Of a stretch of 64,000 nucleotides of DNA, positions 1 through 9,511 are shown one piece after another. The translations under genes and the position numbers were made by a program. The notes under the pieces are model-generated. The model was not told the DNA's origin, made no database searches, and worked only from the letters and a program-made list of their open reading frames with translations. Positions within the stretch are counted from its first letter, which is position 1; each line of letters begins with the position of its first letter. Source of the DNA: an uncultured Chthonomonadaceae bacterium (GTDB taxonomy: Bacteria > Armatimonadota > Chthonomonadetes > Chthonomonadales > Chthonomonadaceae); the NCBI GenBank assembly GCA_963817895.1, contig CAWFQB010000005.1, positions 384,001 to 448,000 on the forward strand, written 5' to 3'.

Positions 1-1058
1 CGCTCCCAGTGATCCTTGACCTGATTGGGTTCATCTAAAATCACCACGCCCTCTTCGGCAAGGTAGTTGCAGGCGCACGTTCCCTGCGGAACCAGATAGG
101 GGAAATACTGCTCCAACCCGTCGAAATACGCGGATTGCTGCAAGGCGGCAACATCTTTCTCAATCCGGTCGGACAGCCGTTCAATGGCTTCCCGCGCTTC
201 CCGCGTTCCCTCCTTGATGAACACCGCCCGCCGCGCTTCAAACAGGGCGTGGATTTCGGCAAGGGCAGGCGCGAGACGCTCTTTATTCAGGCGGATTTCG
301 CGGGCGGGGGCGAGTTCCACGCTGGCCCGCTTTGTGATGCTGCGCTGCGTCGCCACATCGAACACGCGCAGGCTCTCGATCTCATCCCCGAACAGTTCGA
401 TGCGAACGGGCGCGTCACTTGTGGAGGAAAACACATCTAAAATGCCGCCGCGCCGTGAAAATTCGCCTGGTCGCGTCACCGTGTTGGCAGGCTCGTACCC
501 CATTTCCACCAGACGATGCAGCACATCGTCCATGTCCATCGAGTCGCCCGCGTTCAACTCAAAAATATGCGGTATCAAATCTTCCGGCGGGCTTGTACGC
601 TGCAAAACCGCCTCGACCGTTCCAATGATGATGCACGGCTCCCGCTTCGCCAGCAACGCCAACGCCCCGATACGCTCGCCAATCACGCGAAAATCCGTAA
701 TATCGCCTTCCAAAAACTGGCTTTGCGAGGATGGCAGCACGGCAAGTTGTTCGCTCGGAACGCCAAACCGCGCCAGATCATCCCACAACCGCTGCGCCTG
801 CTCCTGCTGATAGGTAATGACAAGAATAGGTCGTTCCAGCCGAGTAAACAACCGCGCCAGCGCATACCCCTTCGCCGGCCCCGCCAGTCCCTCAATTTCA
901 ACGGCGGGGGTTGGTGGGTGGGGCAGGGATGAGGGATGAGGGATGAGGGATAAATCTTCTTTTCCCTCTTCCCTTTTCCCTTTTCCCTGCAACTTCGTTA
1001 CAATATCGCCAAAACCGGGAAGCGCGTCTGCTAATCGGGGCAAGTCATTGAGTGTCAT
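1..1058 (-). CDS. mfd: Transcription-repair coupling factor, 5' part (runs off the window start)
   Basis: Not in the ORF track because its stop lies outside the window. Manual minus-strand translation from ATG 1058 gives MTLNDLPRLADALPGF...IEGLAGPAKGYALARLF...ELNAGDSMDMDDVLH...PGEFSRRGGILDVFSSTSDAPVRIELFGDE, the UvrB-homology region of Mfd. Confidence 0.92.
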   Translation of the reverse strand, partial: MTLNDLPRLADALPGFGDIVTKLQGKGKREEGKEDLSLIPHPSSLPHPPTPAVEIEGLAGPAKGYALARLFTRLERPILVITYQQEQAQRLWDDLARFGVPSEQLAVLPSSQSQFLEGDITDFRVIGERIGALALLAKREPCIIIGTVEAVLQRTSPPEDLIPHIFELNAGDSMDMDDVLHRLVEMGYEPANTVTRPGEFSRRGGILDVFSSTSDAPVRIELFGDEIESLRVFDVATQRSITKRASVELAPAREIRLNKERLAPALAEIHALFEARRAVFIKEGTREAREAIERLSDRIEKDVAALQQSAYFDGLEQYFPYLVPQGTCACNYLAEEGVVILDEPNQVKDHWE

Positions 1059-1238
1059 ACAAATGTGCCTTTAGGTTCGTTTTTCTTAATTCTACATATT
1101 TCAGGCGCAAATGGTTCGCGTGAGTCGGGGAACCATCCCGGAACAGTGAAGAAAAGCCAGCCCGAAATTTTATTCTCCAATGGTAAGCCGCGAAGTAGTT
1201 CCTCATCCTACAAATATGTGACACCAACAAATACGCTG

Positions 1239-2006
1239 ATGTCCCAACACACTCCATCGCAATCGGATGCGAAAGTATCCACCAGGAACCCCGCAAGGGC
1301 AGAAGGGCAGGCTAAGTTGAACAAGAATGACAGCAGTAACACGGCGGTACTCAATGCCGCTCCCGTGACCGCAAGATCGGTTGATCCCGTCACCTGTACC
1401 ATTGGGCTTGACTCGTTCTTCATCAAGACCACGCGCTCACTTCATAAGGACACTGACTTCGTTACCGTCAGCCTGGCGATTGCCAATCGTCCAACCTTAT
1501 CGCAGACACGCGCTGTGGGCGACGTGGGCGACGGGAACCACGCGCTCAACATGTCCTTTCCCCACGTTTCCATTGCGCCGCATGAGACGGCGGTGTTGAC
1601 GTATGCGATAGTCAACAGCGGACACCAGGACTCGGGCAAGGTGATACAGACCCTTGAACAAGCAATCAAAGATATTGCCACTCTGGGGGCTAAGTTCGCT
1701 GCGTCTGAAGCGGGCGCAGCCCTCGGCGCTACATTGGGCGCTTCCATCGGCACAGCAGCCGTTCCCTTCATCGGCACGGCGGTAGGAGCGGTGGCTGGCT
1801 ACCTGTTAAGCAAGGGCTTCAATCTCCTATTCGCCAACTGCGATGGACCAGTCGCCGCCGCCGTTCGCGCGCTGACATACGATCAGATCAAAGCGGTGGT
1901 CGCAAGTGGCAAGCCGCAGCCCCATACCGACGATCATCCCGGCGTCAACTCGCCTCACGGCTGTGGCGCAAACTCTCACTATACGGTTACATGGTCGGTG
2001 AAATAG
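1239..2006 (+). CDS. Hypothetical protein with glycine-zipper segment
   Basis: Long ORF; GAALGATLGASIGTAAVPFIGTAVGAVAG glycine zipper; C-terminal NCDGP and SPHGCGANSHY motifs. Start uncertain (1065 or 1239). Confidence 0.7.
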   Translation: MSQHTPSQSDAKVSTRNPARAEGQAKLNKNDSSNTAVLNAAPVTARSVDPVTCTIGLDSFFIKTTRSLHKDTDFVTVSLAIANRPTLSQTRAVGDVGDGNHALNMSFPHVSIAPHETAVLTYAIVNSGHQDSGKVIQTLEQAIKDIATLGAKFAASEAGAALGATLGASIGTAAVPFIGTAVGAVAGYLLSKGFNLLFANCDGPVAAAVRALTYDQIKAVVASGKPQPHTDDHPGVNSPHGCGANSHYTVTWSVK

Positions 2007-2271
2007 CGGCTCCGCCGCCTGCACTTTGCAGGAGAACACCTCACAGTGCCGTTCTGTCTCTCCCCTCGCCAACTGCACTGTCGAGGGGAGGAATACGATC
2101 TATGAATTCTTATAATGAAGCTGCGGCTAACGTCTCGGTTTTTCAACAGGTGCCTGGCCGAGCGCATGTCAAATTTTATAATGAGTAAAGAGCTAAGAGG
2201 AATCTTCAAGAATAAAGATGAATAAGCTTCTGTCTTTTAGATTATGGCAGCTTGCGTAGGAGGGTACTTTG

Positions 2272-3570
2272 ATGAAGTGGAGTAAGTCGGGTAGGTGCGA
2301 CGTAAGCAAGGCGCGGCGACTACATCGCGGTTTTGCGTGTGTGGCAGGAATGGGCCTTGCCTTATTTTTAATTGCGCCTGCTCCCGCGTATCCGTCCGGG
2401 CAATTGTCACCGGCCTTCCGCTTGCTGCCTGCCGTCAAAGTGGCGCGGCGCGCTCCTCTGCCTGATGCCTTGCGCAACAGCGCCAAAGAGATGGCGCGCT
2501 TACTTTATCTCCATGCTGTGGGCGTTACTCCTGCGGGTGGCACACCCACCAACAGCGAATTAACCGGCAATGTGAACCGGGCCGCCAAGGAACTGGCGAA
2601 ACAGCTTGCCCCCGGTGTTCCGACTGACGATGCCCTGTATTATGATATTTTTGGCGACCTGGGAATGTTCACGCATCTGGTGGAACAAACGGCGCTGCTG
2701 ACAGCCCTGCAGCATCACCAACTCATCAGCGCCAACAACCTGACGACTAGCCTTAAAGAACTGCTCGGCAGTTCGGCGGGAGTGGCGAATTATAACAAGG
2801 TGGCAATCCTGACTGGCAGGCCCCTCCTGTCGAACAATTCCACTCCGGGACGCACTCCGCCCCGCAATCCACAATTTCCCCATGGCCCGCTCGATCCCAA
2901 TCAGATGGGAGGCCCAATCGCTTTTTCGGACAAGGTACCTGATATGGGGCATCCCTTGTTGGTTTCCCGTACTGCCCCTGCCGCCGCTTTATATACGCAA
3001 CCATTCACCTACACCATTCGCTTTGCCAACTTGAAGGCGGCAAGTGTCGGAAACGCCACAACCATTACCATCACGGATACTCTCGACCCCTCCAAACTGG
3101 ACCTCAATACCCTGCGCCTGGGATTAATCACTCTGGAGAATAGCCCCACTGGCGGAATGTCGGTTCTGGGCCAACTAACCCCGCCACCTGCCGCCATCAG
3201 TGACGGCTCGGTGAAAAACTTTGCGTTCTCGGGGGGCAAGGTGATGTTCACGCGCTCAGGTTCGCAAATTACATGGAAACTTATATGTAACCCAAGTTGC
3301 TACCCTGATTTCTCAATCTCGAAGGTTTGGCGCAAAATGCCACTTTCAGAACGCTGCTATCTCAAAAACGGTTTAAGGTAGCAACTTGGGTTATGTACTC
3401 TGGCTCCAGGTTCGGAAGGCAGCGTTTCGTTTCTCGTTACCCCGAGAGATACGCGGCAGCCAGTGACTGAAGACACCATTCATAATGGGGGAGCCGATAT
3501 TCTTTTTGAAGGAAATGGTTTAAGCGACCGCAAACCTACCAAGCCCTGGCTTGCTGTTCCCACACAGTGA
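2272..3570 (+). pseudogene. Secreted protein with DUF11/DUF7619-like Ig-type C-terminal domain, interrupted by a MITE
   Basis: AGGAGG RBS; signal-peptide-like N-terminus; DPN...YTIRFAN...ITITDTLD motif. Removing 3290-3397 restores the frame: ITWKLICTLAPGSEGSVSFLVTP...IHNGGADILFEGN...TQ* (stop 3568-3570). Confidence 0.75.
3290..3391. mobile_element. 102-bp MITE with 15-bp perfect TIRs and 6-bp target-site duplication
   Basis: ACCCAAGTTGCTACC (3290-3304) ... GGTAGCAACTTGGGT (3377-3391); TATGTA on both sides (3284-3289, 3392-3397). Confidence 0.9.
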
Positions 3571-3593
3571 AAACAATAGGGTTCCAGCACAGT

Positions 3594-6500
3594 TCACCTT
3601 ACGCTTTCAAAGGCAGAGAAAAACGTTTCTATATTGTCTGTATCATCGTTGCGCAGGGATGTTAATAGCTGCTCCATCGGCATTATGCGGCCATTCTGCC
3701 AAGCTGCCTCGAACAGATCGGGCGGCAGCAGAGCGCGCGCTGCCGCCTGGGAGTGTTCCCAATCCCGTTGATCGCCGGGAGGCAACAGGATGCGCGCTTC
3801 TTCACGCATTCGCTGAACCATGCCCAGTAGCCGCGCCGAAGCCGCGCCCTGCCCCTGTCCCGCCGCCACGTCTGCCAGCCCCGCCAGCGCATAGGCCAGT
3901 CCGGCGCGTTCCTGACGCTGTTGATACAGGAACGCGCTTTCCAGAAAACATTCCCGCGCTGCTTGCCACTCATGCAGCAGGCACAGGGTCAGTCCCAGCG
4001 TGTTAAGCGTAAAGGGAATGTTGGATGTATCTTCCAGCGCTCTGCGAATAGCTAAACTCTCCATCAGCAATGCGCGCGCCGTTTCACCGTTTCCCTCCTC
4101 GCGCAGCACATTGCCCATATTGTTCAGCGCCATCGCGATGCCGGATTTATCCTCCATCTGACGGTAAAGTTCCAGGCATTGTCGGTACAACCTGCGGGCG
4201 CGCGCATACTGTTGTTCCTCATGCGCCAGAATCGCCAGGTTGTTGAGGACGTATGCGCGGCGCGGCGTATTGCCCTGCTGCTGGTACAGCGTCTGGCTTT
4301 CCGAAAACAGTGTTCGCGCTTGCTGCGTCTCTCCTGCTTGATACGCAAGCGTCCCCATCCACACCAGCGTATCCGCTACACCGATGACATTTGTGCATTG
4401 CCTGTTCAATTGCAGACTGGCTTGGAAAGCAGAACGCGCCTGATCCGCCTCATCCGTTTGCGCCGCCACAATGCCCAGATTTGTCAGCGTGTCCGCGCGA
4501 CCCGCCGTATCTTCTGCAGACCGCAGGCCCAACGCGGACTCCAGAAGTCGTTTGGCTTCCGCGTAGTCGCCCTGTTTCAAGGCCAGCGCTCCCGCGCCAT
4601 GCAGCGCATGAGCGCGAACAGATGGCGCGGCGTTCCGGTTCTGCTCCAGCGCTTTGGCAAGCCATATACGCCCTTCCCTGCCGTAGCCCCGCGCGTTCCA
4701 GAAAGACCACAGCGCGGCTGCCAGCCTCAACCCTTTTTCGTTTTGCTGTTGGCTCTCCTCCTCTCCATTTTGCGCGCGCAGGCTCCAGGCGAGGGCTTCG
4801 CGCAGGTTGTCGTGTTCGGTATCCAGGCGGTCATGCCAGGCCGTCTGCTCCCGGCTTTTATGATAGTGTTCCGCCTGCTCGGCGAGGGTAAGGCAGAAGT
4901 CCAGATGGCGTTCGCGCAACCGATCCGCTTCGCCGCTCTGCTCCAATTTCTCCCGGCCATACTGCCGCAGGATTTCCAGCAGGTGAAAGCGCTCCTGATT
5001 GTGGCGCGTGTCGAGCGCGTGATTTAACAATGATTTGTCAAGCAGGCGCGTCAGCGCGTCCAGAACCGTTTCCCGGGCAATGGCTTCACCCTGACACACG
5101 GCTTCCGCTCCGTCAAGGGTAAAACCGCCGACAAACACGCACAGCCGAGCAAACAGTGTTTGCTCGTCCGGCGGCAGTAGGGCGTAGCTCCAATCAATCG
5201 CCGCGCGCAAGGTCTGCTGACGAGGCGGAGCCGTCCGACTGCCGCCCGTCAGCAGACTGAATACGGCGTCCATTCGCGCCGCAATCTGCTCCGGGGACAG
5301 CGCCCGGATGCGGGCCGCCGCCAGTTCAATTGCTAGCGGCAGGCCATCCAGACAGCAGCAGATATTCGCAACCGCAGGGGCATTGTCGGGCGTAAGGGTG
5401 AAATTCGGCGTGACCAGACGCGCCCGCTCGACAAACAGGCGAACCGCTTCGGACTGCGCGGCTCTGTCAAAGAACGCCGTTTCGACAGAGGCAATGGAGG
5501 AGGCGATGGGAAGGGAAAGCGCAGGCACAGGGTACAGCCATTCTCCCTCGACGCCAAGCGCCTGCCGACTTGTCGCCAGAATTTTCACGCGCTCACACGC
5601 GCCAAGCAGCGCGTCCGCCAGACGCGCGCACGCTTCCACAAGATGTTCGCAGTTGTCCAGTATCAGCAGGAGGGCGCGGGGTTTGAGAAACGCGACAAGG
5701 GCTTCCTGCATGGAAACGCCCGCCGTCGGTTCGCCCACGCCCAACGTGAGAGCCACCGTTTGCGGCAGCAGGGCGAGTTCCGACAATGCGGCCAATTCCA
5801 CCAACCACGCGCCATCAGGGTAGTCGTCCGCGTCGTCTTGCAGAGCGGCAGCCGCAACTCGCTGCGCCAGTCGGGTTTTGCCCGCGCCGCCCGGTCCGGT
5901 CAGCGTCAGCAGCGCTGTCTGTCGCAATCGTTCGCCCGCGATGACACTCTCCTGCTCGCGCCCCACGAAACTGGTGCGCGCGCGCGGCAGGTTGTGGCGC
6001 GGCGTGGCATTCGCAGCCGGGGGCGCGGTGATTTTTGGCGTGAATACGGGGCGCAGGGAGGATGCGGATGCCTGTGCCTTCCGCCGCGCTTCCCTGCGAA
6101 TTTCCCGGTAACATTCCTGAGTCTGCGGTTCGGGAGAAGCGGGTTTGGCGAGTAACGGAAACAGATCGCGCAGCAGCCTGCGATAATCGTGGTATACCTG
6201 AATGGCCGCTGTGTAAGCCCCGCATTTTGCCAGCGCCCTCATCAGCGAGCGATGCGCCGACTCGCGGATGTCATCCAGAGCCATCGCGCGCCGCAAGTAA
6301 GGAATGGCTCCGGCCCAATCTTCGCGCGCGATGGCATCCCCGGCAAGATTCTCCAGAACGGCGAGAAACTTTTCCTGCCGAAAGGCGCGTTCCTCCGTAA
6401 TCCATTCCTCGGAACACTCCTCAAGCAACGGGCCGCGATACAGCGCCGCCGCCTGCTCCCATGCCGCCTGCCCGCCCTGCTTCACCAGCTGATCAAACGC

Positions 6501-6893
6501 GGCCACATCTACGTCGGCATCGTTCAGGTTCATCTGCAGCGTGTGAAAGGTGGGGCCGGTAAGACGATATTTCTGACTACCAAGCGCCTGTCGCAGGTCG
6601 TTGAGGCTGCGCCGCAGGTTATTCGCGGCTCTTTTTTGCGGGTCATTCTTCGAGGCGCGCTGATTCCTGTCGCTTTCTTCCGAGTCCGCGCCGGGCCAGA
6701 GCCTGTCCTGTAGCCATTGGCGCGATACGGGGCGATCATGGTTCAGCGTCAGCAATACCAGCAGCCATAGTGTCGCGCGCGAACGCAGGCGGCGCATTTC
6801 CACGCCATCTACCCACACCTCACAATGCCCCAATAACCGTATCTTCAGCGGCGCGTCGGAGTTTTCCTGAATGTGTTGCTGCGCTTCCTGCAT
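3594..6893 (-). CDS. AfsR/SARP-family regulator: wHTH-BTAD, NB-ARC-like STAND ATPase, TPRs (copy 1)
   Basis: IRLLG..., LYRGPLL, ESAHRSLMRALA (BTAD); TSFVGRE, GPGGAGKT, LLLILDNCEH, LDGLPLAIELAAAR; C-terminal TPRs. Confidence 0.93.
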   Translation of the reverse strand: MQEAQQHIQENSDAPLKIRLLGHCEVWVDGVEMRRLRSRATLWLLVLLTLNHDRPVSRQWLQDRLWPGADSEESDRNQRASKNDPQKRAANNLRRSLNDLRQALGSQKYRLTGPTFHTLQMNLNDADVDVAAFDQLVKQGGQAAWEQAAALYRGPLLEECSEEWITEERAFRQEKFLAVLENLAGDAIAREDWAGAIPYLRRAMALDDIRESAHRSLMRALAKCGAYTAAIQVYHDYRRLLRDLFPLLAKPASPEPQTQECYREIRREARRKAQASASSLRPVFTPKITAPPAANATPRHNLPRARTSFVGREQESVIAGERLRQTALLTLTGPGGAGKTRLAQRVAAAALQDDADDYPDGAWLVELAALSELALLPQTVALTLGVGEPTAGVSMQEALVAFLKPRALLLILDNCEHLVEACARLADALLGACERVKILATSRQALGVEGEWLYPVPALSLPIASSIASVETAFFDRAAQSEAVRLFVERARLVTPNFTLTPDNAPAVANICCCLDGLPLAIELAAARIRALSPEQIAARMDAVFSLLTGGSRTAPPRQQTLRAAIDWSYALLPPDEQTLFARLCVFVGGFTLDGAEAVCQGEAIARETVLDALTRLLDKSLLNHALDTRHNQERFHLLEILRQYGREKLEQSGEADRLRERHLDFCLTLAEQAEHYHKSREQTAWHDRLDTEHDNLREALAWSLRAQNGEEESQQQNEKGLRLAAALWSFWNARGYGREGRIWLAKALEQNRNAAPSVRAHALHGAGALALKQGDYAEAKRLLESALGLRSAEDTAGRADTLTNLGIVAAQTDEADQARSAFQASLQLNRQCTNVIGVADTLVWMGTLAYQAGETQQARTLFSESQTLYQQQGNTPRRAYVLNNLAILAHEEQQYARARRLYRQCLELYRQMEDKSGIAMALNNMGNVLREEGNGETARALLMESLAIRRALEDTSNIPFTLNTLGLTLCLLHEWQAARECFLESAFLYQQRQERAGLAYALAGLADVAAGQGQGAASARLLGMVQRMREEARILLPPGDQRDWEHSQAAARALLPPDLFEAAWQNGRIMPMEQLLTSLRNDDTDNIETFFSAFESVR

Positions 6894-7087
6894 GTGTGCT
6901 CCCACCACGTCAACAGAAACCAGATTCTTTTAACAAAAGCCAGTTCTGCTATACGCCAGGCTGAAAAGTCAGTCGGCGCAAAAAAATAAGGGTTCGCGGC
7001 TCCGTTTCTCGCTTTGTCCACGAGTTTCCTGCTGTTTCGACTACGACCTGGCGCATAAGCCCCGCGCATACTGCTGTCAACTCATTC

Positions 7088-7125
7088 GCCTTCTCCTGAA
7101 AGTGGGAGAGGAACCGGGAATGAGG
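7088..7125. repeat. Degenerate CCTCTCCC/GGGAGAGG-type palindromic repeat
   Basis: GCCTTCTCCTGAAAGTGGGAGAGGAACCGGGAATGAGG, similar to the copies at 13352, 38389 and 60793. Confidence 0.45.
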
Positions 7126-7148
7126 TCTTCAAACGAAAGGTGATAGCG

Positions 7149-8426
7149 ATGTCGATTCAATTTGCCGACCATTCCGATTTTACGCTTCCCGCTCTGCTGC
7201 CGCGTCTGTCCGCGCCCGCTTCCGGCGCGATACAGGCGCGCGAGGCCGTTGCATCTCCTTTGCGCAGAGAAATCGAGCCGTCCACAGCCGAGTCTCTGTT
7301 CTTCCCCGCTCGAACACAGGCCGACACCCTCCTGCGACCGTTTCTGGAAGCCGAAAGCGAATCCGAGGCGCAAAAACACCTGGAAATTCTAATACAAAGC
7401 AAGGCCGCGCCTATCATTGCTCGCGTTGTCCGGCAGAAATGGCAGGTCATTCCTAACCGCGCTTACGGCTCGGTGCAGAAGTATGAGGAACGGGAAGCCG
7501 AAGACCTGTATTCGGACGCGTTGACTCTGCTGCTGGCGCGCCTGCGCGTTTGTCGGGAAGATCGCGCGAAACCCGTGATTACCCATTTTGCCGCTTATGT
7601 CGCTATGACCGCGTCGCGCGTCTGCGCGGAACGGCTGCGCCGTGTCTGCCCGGAGCGCGAGAGCTGCCGACAACGGCTGCGCTATCTCTTGAAAACACAC
7701 ACCGAATTGGCTTTGTGGCGTGATGACTGGGATCGGCCGACATGCGGCGTAAAGGCAGACCAGGGGCGCAATCCCTCGCAAGCGGCTTTACTGCGGCTAC
7801 AGGCATGGGAAACGCGGCGCGGCTCCGCGAATGTTTCCGGCGGGATGCTCACAGGCCTGGAACTTACAAGCCTTTTGGCCTGGTTAGGTGGCCCGGTTTT
7901 GCAGGAAAAGTTGGTTGGAACCCTGTCCACCGTTTTACGGATTGCGGAGCCGACGGATCGCAGGCCGAGTATTGCCAGGCAGGGATTGGCAGACGATGAT
8001 ACCCTGGACCCGCTGGCAGATCTGAAAGAAGCGCGAGTTGAGGTTGCAGGCGAGGTCGAGCAACGCTTGTGCCTGCGCTGGCTGTGGACGGAAATCCTGC
8101 AATTGCGCCCGCGTCAGCGCGCCGCTCTGCTGCTGAATTTGCGGGACGGACAAAACCGGGGCGTTCTCGCACTGCTGGCGCATGCCCACATCGCCACCCT
8201 GACGGAGATAGCGCAGGCCATTGGTCTTTCGGCTGCGGAATTTGGAACATACTGGCGCGCCCTGCCCCTGGAAGATACGGGCGTCGCGGAACTGCTGGCC
8301 TGTACGCCGCAGCAGGTCAGCAACCTGCGCAAAGCCGCCCGCGCCCGCCTGTCGCGTCGCCTCTGTTGCTACGAGCAGGGACTACACTCCACCTGCGGGA
8401 CGACGCCTGAAAGGAGAACCCGATGA
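7149..8426 (+). CDS. Large ECF-like sigma-70 family factor
   Basis: Region-2-like EDLYSDALTLLLARL...FAAYVAMTASRVCAERLRR; region-4-like LWTEILQLRPRQRAALLL...VAELLACTPQQVSNLRKAARARL; long spacer between them. Confidence 0.75.
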   Translation: MSIQFADHSDFTLPALLPRLSAPASGAIQAREAVASPLRREIEPSTAESLFFPARTQADTLLRPFLEAESESEAQKHLEILIQSKAAPIIARVVRQKWQVIPNRAYGSVQKYEEREAEDLYSDALTLLLARLRVCREDRAKPVITHFAAYVAMTASRVCAERLRRVCPERESCRQRLRYLLKTHTELALWRDDWDRPTCGVKADQGRNPSQAALLRLQAWETRRGSANVSGGMLTGLELTSLLAWLGGPVLQEKLVGTLSTVLRIAEPTDRRPSIARQGLADDDTLDPLADLKEARVEVAGEVEQRLCLRWLWTEILQLRPRQRAALLLNLRDGQNRGVLALLAHAHIATLTEIAQAIGLSAAEFGTYWRALPLEDTGVAELLACTPQQVSNLRKAARARLSRRLCCYEQGLHSTCGTTPERRTR

Positions 8427-8773
8427 CACTACAATTTACCCTTGAGGACGAGGGCCTCAGCAACGACGACGATGCGGCGGGTCGCTGGCAGTATGAAGGC
8501 GGCAGAGTGTTCGACGCCAATAAACATCAGGTCGCCAACTATGCCGTTACCCGGCGCGTCACGTTCAGCGGCACGAGCGCCCAGAACACGGCCATGCTGA
8601 CCATGACGCTGTTCTTCCTGGGCAAAGCGCCCCCGGAGAACATCACCATGCAGGGTTCACGCGACTTTTCTTCCGGCGGCGAGATTGGCAGCGTAAGCGC
8701 GGCTTCCGCCGCGTTCGCCACCCACATCGGTAAGCAGTTCACCCGCGTCGGCAACATCGTCACCATCGCGTAG
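8423..8773 (+). CDS. Small predicted beta-rich hypothetical protein, coupled to the sigma gene
   Basis: AAGGAG RBS; ATGA start/stop overlap; alternating beta-strand pattern. Confidence 0.8.
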   Translation: MTLQFTLEDEGLSNDDDAAGRWQYEGGRVFDANKHQVANYAVTRRVTFSGTSAQNTAMLTMTLFFLGKAPPENITMQGSRDFSSGGEIGSVSAASAAFATHIGKQFTRVGNIVTIA

Positions 8774-8796
8774 CCAACGGATTACTGTTAACATGC

Positions 8797-8830
8797 AACC
8801 GCCCGCTGCTATGAGTGCAGCAGGCGGTTG
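8797..8830. terminator. Hairpin between convergent genes
   Basis: CAACCGCCCGCTGC-loop-GCAGCAGGCGGTTG. Confidence 0.55.
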
Positions 8831-8837
8831 TTATTAT

Positions 8838-8864
8838 GTAGGGCGCGGCAAGCAACACCCCTAC
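8838..8864. repeat. GTAG-type REP-like palindrome
   Basis: GTAGGGCGCGGCAAGCAACACCCCTAC; related to GGGCGCAGCAAGCAGCGCCCCTAC at 24605 and 34837. Confidence 0.7.
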
Positions 8865-8884
8865 GAGTTGTCATGGGAACGGTA

Positions 8885-9139
8885 TTACGGTTGCTCGCGC
8901 GCTTCTTGCGCCTGAATCTGAATGTGCGCCAGTTTGCGGAGAATGTGTTCCAGATGCAGGTCGGCGTTTGCCTCCATGCCCATCTCTTCCGCGAGTTCCA
9001 TGCGGCAGATATGGTGTTCCACTTCAATCCAGAGGGCGTTTATCCGCTCCGTCAGCGTTCGGATGTTGCGCTCGCGCATGGCATACCACACTTCACAATC
9101 CGCGATGGCCGCGCGGACTCTGGCTGTTTTCGTCTGCAT
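8885..9139 (-). CDS. Small helical hypothetical protein
   Basis: AGGAGA RBS upstream of ATG; 84 aa, coiled-coil-like. Confidence 0.6.
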   Translation of the reverse strand: MQTKTARVRAAIADCEVWYAMRERNIRTLTERINALWIEVEHHICRMELAEEMGMEANADLHLEHILRKLAHIQIQAQEAREQP

Positions 9140-9511
9140 GACTGTCTCCTTGATAATCGGCGTGAACTTACGTTGATCCCATGAAAATCTTGATGGAGCG
9201 GTTTCCGACCAGGTGGAAACCTGTTAATGCTATCAGTATACGCCCTCTCGACTGATTAAAAATATGAGATACGATACCCTCTGTCTGTGACTTTTGTAAC
9301 AGCCCGACCGCCTTCCGGTCGAGCCGCGCTTGCCTCCTGAAAATAATTGCAGATGGCGACGGGCATTACCAATAATTGCTCCTGTCAGGGATAAGGAATA
9401 AGAAGCAAGAAGTACGGGAAAAGAGAGAAAACCGAAGACGATTCCCGCCGCCTGAACCTTATAACACTAAACGGTTAAAACCCCGCTTATCTTACACGGG
9501 AGCATACATTT

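Noticed and set aside
135..932. Plus-strand ORFs of 101-208 aa
   Set aside because: Antisense shadows of mfd.
1111..1136. ATGGTTC...GAACCAT hairpin as a tRNA fragment
   Set aside because: No cloverleaf, T-loop consensus or CCA.
9430..9511. Sigma-28 promoter before flgF
   Set aside because: TAAA is present but no GCCGATAA-like box at the right spacing.
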